Virus record (IMG/VR): IMGVR_UViG_3300023119_000004
Direction: 5' to 3' (one strand)
Source of the DNA: a virus
Lineage: Duplodnaviria > Caudoviricetes
DNA: 64,000 nt
The notes beneath the pieces are model-generated. The model saw only the letters and a list, made by a program, of their open reading frames with translations, ran no database searches and had not been told where the DNA came from. Each line of letters starts with the position of its first letter. Positions within the stretch are counted from its first letter, which is position 1. Positions 57,929 through 64,000 of the stretch are shown piece by piece. The translations under genes were made by a program, and so were the position numbers.

Positions 57929-58911
57929 ACTGGATACCTCGCTTGTAATGGTTCAGCATATTGTTGTGCATTATCTGAAATTCTTTGCATATCGTAAATA
58001 GCACAGAACTTCATTAATCTAAGTCCAACCTGCTGAATAGTTTTTGGTTGTGCGTTTTCTTGTATAGTGTTCTTAATCTTTTCTTTAATGTTCTCAGGTT
58101 GTGCCCTAAGATCACAAAGTAATACGTTACGATTATAATCATCAAGAACTCTATGTTCAACGCCTTCATGATCAACCCAACGTTGTAACATTAGGTTGTT
58201 CCAATTGTATCCTTTTGTACTCTTATCTGCAAATGCTTCAAGCATACCTACTTTGTTCTTAGTACCTTTTTTACGTACACCTGGATAAGCACTAAACACG
58301 TTATCGCTTGTATCACCACGCATACATTTTTCAAATAATAGCCATTCAGGATTAGGTGCTTCTTTAGGTTCACCTGTCTTTTTATCAACAATAGGCTCTC
58401 GCTTCTTGTCGTCAAAATAACCTTCGTGTGTAATAATTGTATTACTTACACCGTTGTATTGTGTAACTTTGGGACTAATAAGTTGTGCAAAGTCACCATC
58501 AGTAGAAATAATTACGTGTTCGTCATCAGGATGATAATCAATCCAACCAGCAATTAAATCATCTGCTTCTAGTTCAGGGTGTTGTAATACTGTACAGTTT
58601 GTTTTTGTAGTTACAAAGTCTTTAAACTCGTCAAAGGTTTCCCAAAAGACTTTTTCTTCTTCTTGTTGTGATTCTGTAAGTGCATCACGAGATTCTTGTC
58701 TATTACGTTTATAAGGCTCGTAAAAATCTTTACGCCAACTACGACCTTCTAGACAAAATACAATATGATCAGCATCAAAGTCATTCCATGCCTTTTTAAT
58801 GCTGTTTAATGTAATATGAAAAGCCATACCTACTTTAGTATCAAGATCGCCTCTAATGACGTGTCTTGCACGAAAGAAAGTGTTTGCTGTGTCTACTAGT
58901 ACATACTTCAT
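57925..58911 (-). CDS. rnh: T4-type RNase H / 5'-3' exonuclease (FEN-like)
   Basis: YVLVDTAN, LEADDLIA, ISTDGDF and GDTSDNV..PGV acidic motifs. Confidence 0.85.
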   Translation of the reverse strand: MKYVLVDTANTFFRARHVIRGDLDTKVGMAFHITLNSIKKAWNDFDADHIVFCLEGRSWRKDFYEPYKRNRQESRDALTESQQEEEKVFWETFDEFKDFVTTKTNCTVLQHPELEADDLIAGWIDYHPDDEHVIISTDGDFAQLISPKVTQYNGVSNTIITHEGYFDDKKREPIVDKKTGEPKEAPNPEWLLFEKCMRGDTSDNVFSAYPGVRKKGTKNKVGMLEAFADKSTKGYNWNNLMLQRWVDHEGVEHRVLDDYNRNVLLCDLRAQPENIKEKIKNTIQENAQPKTIQQVGLRLMKFCAIYDMQRISDNAQQYAEPLQARYPV

Positions 58912-58912
58912 T

Positions 58913-59863
58913 TTAAACCCATGTGCTGTTAAATATTAAATGACTTGCCCAAAGCATATGATAACTTTCTTTAGGATGAAATCCGTTAATGCTACTTCTA
59001 TTAAGTAGATCTGTTGATTCATTTAGTTTATCTAGATCCTTCGTCATGATTTCTGTATTGTATTCAAAGTTACCAAATCTCTTATAGTGTTGGGTCCACC
59101 AACCTGCTTCGTTACACCAGGGTAATTCAATTTGTTTACCATGCATCATAGCACAATGTCTTACCCATGGACATTTTACTATTATAAACGAATCGCTAGA
59201 AAAGTCAACCAGAAATTCGTTAAAGTTTTTCCAAATTAACCCATCTACATTTACGTATGATTTTAAAATTCGATCGAATTCTTCCAGCATCATTTGGTCA
59301 TAAAGTTCAAACCATTCCTTTGTTGATGCTTTTGGATCTACTTGAATTTTACTTGTAAATAAAAAATCATATCCTTTAAGGTTTGAGTACCAATCGTAAG
59401 TTTCAGAACTATCTCTTCCTGGACTAGTTAATTGAAATATAACACGTATTGTTTCATATTTGGTATTATATTCTTCTAATAACCTATCAAGGTCGTGCAT
59501 CATATTTTGATTACAGTTGCCCGGAACTGCCGACAGCAAAAGATCAGCATCGAGCATCTTTGCACAATAGCCTGCGAAACAATTATTAAGTCTATAAAAA
59601 GGATCATCTATGCCTTGCCCACTTTGTACGTGTGGAGCAAAGTTATCTCCATAAGTCCAACTTTCGCCAATACAGATTAGTAAAGTAGATTTTCTTCTTT
59701 TAACAAATAATTCTGTATTTTTTGCAGATATCCAATTTGGCTTGGTAGGACATTCTCTAGCATAAATTTTAGCACCATCTGTTACATTGGTGCTTTGATG
59801 TTTATGTCCTATACCGTTTCTTGAACCTGTATCGCTTATAATTTTAAAACTAGGATGCTTCAC
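58913..59863 (-). CDS. SGNH-hydrolase-like protein
   Basis: LICIGESWTYG, AVPGNCN, C-terminal NGFHP. The GTG at 59863 is preferred because it minimises overlap; the ORF track starts at 59950. Confidence 0.5.
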   Translation of the reverse strand: MKHPSFKIISDTGSRNGIGHKHQSTNVTDGAKIYARECPTKPNWISAKNTELFVKRRKSTLLICIGESWTYGDNFAPHVQSGQGIDDPFYRLNNCFAGYCAKMLDADLLLSAVPGNCNQNMMHDLDRLLEEYNTKYETIRVIFQLTSPGRDSSETYDWYSNLKGYDFLFTSKIQVDPKASTKEWFELYDQMMLEEFDRILKSYVNVDGLIWKNFNEFLVDFSSDSFIIVKCPWVRHCAMMHGKQIELPWCNEAGWWTQHYKRFGNFEYNTEIMTKDLDKLNESTDLLNRSSINGFHPKESYHMLWASHLIFNSTWV

Positions 59864-60215
59864 TTTTACCGTCTTCTCTTGAAACAATTTTAATGTGTCC
59901 TGCACCTCTGTTAGGATCATATCCTCCTTCTTGAAGTACATTTCTAGCAACGTCTTTAAACCAACCGTCTACAATTTCTTCTTGCGATTCGCCTTTATAT
60001 CCTGCATCAATAAGTTGCTCAATAAATTCATTATTCCAATCAAGTTCGAAGAAGCCGTTCTTGATATCATTGTTATTAACTTGTGTATCAATTACACCAA
60101 CCCAAGGTTTTTTTGCCTTAGTTGCTGATTTCTTTTCTTCTTCTAATGCTTCACGGTGTGTAAGTTTTTTATCTTTTGTTTTGCCTTTAAAAAGGTTTTT
60201 TAGTTTTTCCATCAT
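59850..60215 (-). CDS. Hypothetical protein (121 aa)
   Basis: AGGA RBS; FFELDWNNEFIEQL core. Confidence 0.6.
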   Translation of the reverse strand: MMEKLKNLFKGKTKDKKLTHREALEEEKKSATKAKKPWVGVIDTQVNNNDIKNGFFELDWNNEFIEQLIDAGYKGESQEEIVDGWFKDVARNVLQEGGYDPNRGAGHIKIVSREDGKSEAS

Positions 60216-60254
60216 AGTCCTGCCTTTCTTGCTTTTTCGTCTAGTGTTTCTGGC

Positions 60255-61148
60255 TTATGTTCCCCAGGCGTTTCCGAAGATGTCGACGTGTAGTCTGGGT
60301 GTATAGCGCCAGCCTCGCTCCATTGCCAGTGTTGCGACTCCTCTTGTGTTGAGGCTGTATTCTTCTGACCTACCCCCAAGCGGCATAACATAGACCGGAA
60401 CATCGATTCCTTCTGCTCTGTATTGTTCAACTGCTTTTGTAACTTCATCCACATCTTCTTCGGTAGCCACAACAAACTTGAAATACATACTACTATTAGG
60501 TACATCGTAGTACTGCCTAGCAATGTCAGGCTTGATAGCAGTATCCCAAGGCTCTCCGCTAACGGAAAGTTTCGGACTGCACGACCAAGTGATATGAAAT
60601 GATCTTTCGTTGTTGAGATACTCTCGGAAATCATCTCTGAGAGACTGTGTTGTATTTGTTTCAAACGTAACATTTTTCAAATCCTCCATACGAGGGTGTT
60701 TAAATAGGTCCATATATAACCTCTGCCACCCTAGCAAAGGTTCACCGCCTGTTAGTATAAAATGAACATCCTGTCCATTATCCATCGTCCACTTACCTTG
60801 TGGAGTAAGACTTAGCACATAGTCAACTACTTCGTCAACTGTGTGGTCTTTCATATACTTCTTAAATTCTGGATAGATACTTGCATAGGTATCGCAACCT
60901 GTATGCACAATAGGTAAATCTTCAAACTTATTTACCTTGTCTAAAATACCATCATCAAGTAATTGTTTTACTTCTGGATTATACTTAATACCTTGTTCTA
61001 GTTTTTCTGCTCTATTAGGGTGCTTGTCTAGACCAAAGTTCATACAACGAAAGTTACAACCAAATGTACGCAAGAAAACAGAAGGTACGCCAACAAAACG
61101 TCCTTCGCCTTGTACACTATAAAATGCTTCACTATATCGTAACTTCAT
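60255..61148 (-). CDS. queE: 7-carboxy-7-deazaguanine synthase (QueE, radical SAM)
   Basis: EAFYSVQGEG..PSVFLRTFGCNFRC, GCDT, LTGGEP, FETN, SPK and RLH. Adjacent to folE. Confidence 0.9.
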   Translation of the reverse strand: MKLRYSEAFYSVQGEGRFVGVPSVFLRTFGCNFRCMNFGLDKHPNRAEKLEQGIKYNPEVKQLLDDGILDKVNKFEDLPIVHTGCDTYASIYPEFKKYMKDHTVDEVVDYVLSLTPQGKWTMDNGQDVHFILTGGEPLLGWQRLYMDLFKHPRMEDLKNVTFETNTTQSLRDDFREYLNNERSFHITWSCSPKLSVSGEPWDTAIKPDIARQYYDVPNSSMYFKFVVATEEDVDEVTKAVEQYRAEGIDVPVYVMPLGGRSEEYSLNTRGVATLAMERGWRYTPRLHVDIFGNAWGT

Positions 61149-61339
61149 TAAACAATCTCCTCTGCAATACCAAGGAACTCAGCAACAGCAAAAAATAATG
61201 CTAGTGCTACCACTGATCCTGTGTAAGCGGCTACTAAGCAACCTGCTAAACGTAATCCGCTTTTAATTAAACTTACATAAAAATGTCCTTTGCCTGGATC
61301 TTTAGGTGCCGGAACAAATACTTTTTCTGGAATAGGCAT
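61148..61339 (-). CDS. Small membrane protein (63 aa)
   Basis: Two short hydrophobic helices; TAATG coupling on both sides. Confidence 0.6.
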   Translation of the reverse strand: MPIPEKVFVPAPKDPGKGHFYVSLIKSGLRLAGCLVAAYTGSVVALALFFAVAEFLGIAEEIV

Positions 61340-62022
61340 TAGCAGGCAAACTCCTGTTGTAATTTGATATTGTCCATAAATTCTTTCTTAGTACCTGCAT
61401 CGTCTTTAAAAGCACCTTTTAGTACTGTAGTTTGTGTTAAACTACTAGTTGCCATAATACCACGATTCTCACAACAACCATGTGTTGCTTGAATATACAC
61501 ACCTAAGTGTTCGGCATCAGTTGCTTTCTGTATTTCACGAGCAATATCATTTGCAAGTTCTTCTTGCAGAGTACCACGTCTAGCACACCATTGTGCAATA
61601 CGTGTATACTTAGATAGTCCAATAAGTTTATTAGCGGCAATAATACCAATGTATGCTACACCAGTTACTGGTTGATGATGATGTGAACATACACTCTTAA
61701 GTTCGCTACGAACTACAAGCATACCTTCATATCTATCTTCGCTATCATTAGGAAATGCAGTTGCTGGTGGAATTGGATCATAACGTCCTTGCATTAATTC
61801 GTTAAAGTACATCTTTGCAAGACGTCTTGCGGTACCTTTTGAATTAGGATCATTATGACGATCAATTACCAATGTATCAAGAACATTTTCAAATGCTAGT
61901 GTAGCCTCTTCAATTAGTTCTTCTTTATCGCCTTTTTGTAAGACTTCGGAGATGTTGTCACCTGCCCAATAGCGGATGCCAGCATCTTCTAATTTTTGTT
62001 TTACTTGTTTACTTTTGCTCAA
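61339..62022 (-). CDS. folE: GTP cyclohydrolase I
   Basis: SVCSHHHQP, IGLSKYTRI, LQEEL and HGCCENRG. TTG start with GGAGAG RBS. Confidence 0.92.
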   Translation of the reverse strand: MSKSKQVKQKLEDAGIRYWAGDNISEVLQKGDKEELIEEATLAFENVLDTLVIDRHNDPNSKGTARRLAKMYFNELMQGRYDPIPPATAFPNDSEDRYEGMLVVRSELKSVCSHHHQPVTGVAYIGIIAANKLIGLSKYTRIAQWCARRGTLQEELANDIAREIQKATDAEHLGVYIQATHGCCENRGIMATSSLTQTTVLKGAFKDDAGTKKEFMDNIKLQQEFAC

Positions 62023-62066
62023 TTTATCTCTCCGAGTTATAGACGTGGATGTCTAATATAGTTTAC

Positions 62067-62095
62067 ATTATATACTTTATTTAGGTTTTTGTCAA
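62067..62095 (-). promoter_or_regulatory. Composite promoter: TTGACA-N17-TATAAT with TAAATA in the spacer, upstream of folE
   Basis: Minus strand: TTGACA 62095-90, TAAATA 62083-78, TATAAT 62072-67. Confidence 0.75.
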
Positions 62096-62113
62096 GTATA
62101 TTATACACGAATA

Positions 62114-62323
62114 TTAAAAATATTTGTTCAATACTTCTAACTGATCATGATATTCTGCAATAACTTTCAGTTCTTTTTCAATGGCTTCCAAAACGTCCGG
62201 ATGCTCACCTACGCCTGCTGAATTTTTCAAATACACTTCTACATTCATTGCGTGTTTGGCAATGTGTCCTTTTGCGTGTTCTTTGATTGCTTCAATCATG
62301 TTTTCTCTGTTATATTCTGGCAT
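62114..62323 (-). CDS. Hypothetical protein (69 aa)
   Basis: AGGAA RBS; helical, with the GVGEHPD motif. Confidence 0.6.
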   Translation of the reverse strand: MPEYNRENMIEAIKEHAKGHIAKHAMNVEVYLKNSAGVGEHPDVLEAIEKELKVIAEYHDQLEVLNKYF

Positions 62324-62335
62324 TGTTTTTCCTTT

Positions 62336-63187
62336 CTACTTAAATTGGTCTTTCATATAGTCTGTGCCAATAATTTGATGAATATCAACATCATAATGTT
62401 CATCATCAATTGTTTTGGTTCCTACATTAATATCTTTGTGTTGTAGAAACCAATCTTCTACGTTATCTTTTGCAACTTCAACCAAATCAAAATTAAAATA
62501 ATCATTTAAGTTGTCTGGAATCCAAGTCCATTTGTTTAACGCAAAAATTTTCAGTTTCGCATTGTTATTGCGACAAAGTTCTTGTAAGATATATAGTTCT
62601 TTTAAAAACTCACGTTGTGCTTTTAGGTTCATTAACTCCATCCAAGTCTTTACAGTCATGTATGGTTGTGTTCTTAGATCGGGATCGCCCATCATAAACC
62701 TTGGATGAAATTTAACTGTAAATTGACAATTTTTTTGGAAGTCTTGAGCATAACTTTGCATAGGTATATCAAATACATCTTGTGCTTCGTTGTGTATTCG
62801 TTTAATCCAGCAATCAATATTTCCTTTTGTAGTTTCTAATTCATATAGTTCATCTAAAGGAATCATCTTTTCGTAGTGTTGTGGGTACTGCATACATAGT
62901 CTAAAACGATTCCAATATGTTTGTTGTACAACTACTTCTTCAATATCGTCATACGTTTTAAAAAGATGTGAAAGCCATTCGCTATATTCCCACCAGCCGT
63001 TTGATGGATTTGCAAAGATGGCACCATCTTTACCTTTGCTGTTAATATAAAACTCTGCCCAGTTGTTGTCGTTCCATTTACCAGAAAACTTCCAGTTTTC
63101 TAAATTCCAGTCTTGTTCATTAGGAGGCAAGTCGCCAATATGGTAACCTGATGTATGACTACACCCTAGTGCAACAATTCTACTCAT
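62336..63187 (-). CDS. SGNH-hydrolase-like protein
   Basis: IVALGCSHT, C-terminal DDEH (DxxH). ATG 63187 is TAATG-coupled to the HIT gene. Confidence 0.5.
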   Translation of the reverse strand: MSRIVALGCSHTSGYHIGDLPPNEQDWNLENWKFSGKWNDNNWAEFYINSKGKDGAIFANPSNGWWEYSEWLSHLFKTYDDIEEVVVQQTYWNRFRLCMQYPQHYEKMIPLDELYELETTKGNIDCWIKRIHNEAQDVFDIPMQSYAQDFQKNCQFTVKFHPRFMMGDPDLRTQPYMTVKTWMELMNLKAQREFLKELYILQELCRNNNAKLKIFALNKWTWIPDNLNDYFNFDLVEVAKDNVEDWFLQHKDINVGTKTIDDEHYDVDIHQIIGTDYMKDQFK

Positions 63188-63606
63188 TAAACACAATCTC
63201 CCATATCTTGAAATAAACTTGGTTGTTTAGGATCTCTTGTTTGGTATTTTTGTTTTGTGGGAAGAACGCCTCGAACACCACCTTTAGGATCGTCCATATC
63301 ACCGTCACGTCTAAAAATTAAATGAACGTGTGGATACATACAAGTTTGGCCTGCACTAGCACCAATGTTAATACCAATGTTATATCCTGTGATGTCGTTG
63401 TCTGCTTCTACATTTTGTTTACCCATTGCTAGTGCAAATTTAAAACAACGTAGTATTTCTTCGTCTAAGTTTTCCTTAGGTACAACTAAAGTGTGTCCTG
63501 GTGTTACAGGAAATTTGTCGTTATATACTACAAAATCTCTTGTATCATAAACAACATCTGACCACGGTGCTCTACCGTCTGCTTGTGCTTTTTCTAAAGT
63601 ATCCAT
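63187..63606 (-). CDS. HIT family nucleotide hydrolase
   Basis: DKFPVTPGHTLVVP, GQTCMYPHVHLI (HxHxx triad). Confidence 0.85.
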   Translation of the reverse strand: MDTLEKAQADGRAPWSDVVYDTRDFVVYNDKFPVTPGHTLVVPKENLDEEILRCFKFALAMGKQNVEADNDITGYNIGINIGASAGQTCMYPHVHLIFRRDGDMDDPKGGVRGVLPTKQKYQTRDPKQPSLFQDMGDCV

Positions 63607-63607
63607 A

Positions 63608-64000
63608 TTATTTCACCACCTTAATTAATCGTTTTGGTCTAAGTTTAAGTGCTCGACGCATTAAGTTTATTATACCACCTTTTTTAAACTGTGTCAAGTA
63701 GTCTTTTCGTTCAAGTTCTTTTATAACTTCTGGGGTAAGTTCACACTCAACCAATTTAATATTTTCAGTTAATTTTGGTGTAGTAAACTTAACATAACAT
63801 AGTGGGTCTCCTCTTTTTATTTCTAAAGTTTCACCAACTTTATTAAAAACATATCCCCAACTAATACTTCTAATCCAACTATGTATATTGTAACTACCGC
63901 CTACAACACCATCTTTATAATCATTTCGATGTAAGAAAGGCGGAGTAATTTCCATCAAGCAAGGTTCGTCTGCAATAAACAAGTATCTTAAATTAAATTG
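63608..64000 (-). CDS. Hypothetical protein, 5' end beyond the window
   Basis: Minus-strand frame is open from 64000 (QFNLRYLFIADEP...) to the stop at 63608. Confidence 0.55.
   Translation of the reverse strand, partial: QFNLRYLFIADEPCLMEITPPFLHRNDYKDGVVGGSYNIHSWIRSISWGYVFNKVGETLEIKRGDPLCYVKFTTPKLTENIKLVECELTPEVIKELERKDYLTQFKKGGIINLMRRALKLRPKRLIKVVK

Noticed and set aside
60212-60673. 153-aa same-strand ORF overlapping queE in another frame
   Set aside because: It lies almost wholly within the conserved queE coding region and has no recognisable motif. Only its last ~14 codons are curious (listed as a low-interest finding).
1-64000. tRNA/rRNA genes, CRISPR array, integrase/transposase, DGR (RT plus TR/VR), inteins or introns
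   Set aside because: No cloverleaf-sized free intergenic space, no regularly spaced direct repeats and no such enzyme motifs were seen. Gene lengths show no unexplained large insertions in RNase H, the AAA ATPase or FolE. This was a visual inspection only.
1-64000. Stop-codon reassignment (alternative genetic code)
   Set aside because: Coding density is near-complete under the standard code, and TAA, TAG (e.g. 11822-24) and TGA (e.g. 22037-39) all terminate genes at coupled junctions.

Overview
AT-rich, very densely coding 64-kb fragment of a large tailed dsDNA phage (Caudoviricetes). It is myovirus-like with T4-type TAAATA late-promoter motifs, and the gene content suggests an aquatic, uncultured lineage. 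The exact taxon and host cannot be determined from sequence alone. Three modules are visible. (1) 1-18.5 kb, + strand: virion structural genes, comprising a 5'-truncated >3700-aa baseplate-like protein with a split FG-GAP propeller, three paralogous fibre proteins and small structural proteins. (2) 18.5-50.8 kb: a ~32-kb enzyme island in alternating strand blocks. It holds 8 SPASM/twitch radical-SAM proteins, 6 Asp/Asn-beta-hydroxylase-like 2OG-Fe(II) oxygenases, 4-5 glycosyltransferase-like proteins, a UDP-glucose dehydrogenase-family enzyme, SGNH-like proteins, methyltransferase-like proteins, an SDR, a kinase, a CX5R phosphatase, a flavin-dependent halogenase, a minimal adenylating enzyme, three PYG-repeat propellers and a mini fibre-like protein. 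(3) 50.8-64 kb, - strand: an orphan fibre gene, conserved hypotheticals, a MoxR-type AAA + VWA/metallopeptidase pair, RNase H/5'-3' exonuclease, queE, folE and a HIT protein. No rRNA, tRNA, CRISPR array, integrase or transposase was recognised. The best candidate for an undescribed system is the enzyme island, probably a virion (glyco)protein or DNA tailoring pathway. All family calls come from motif recognition by eye; no database search was run.
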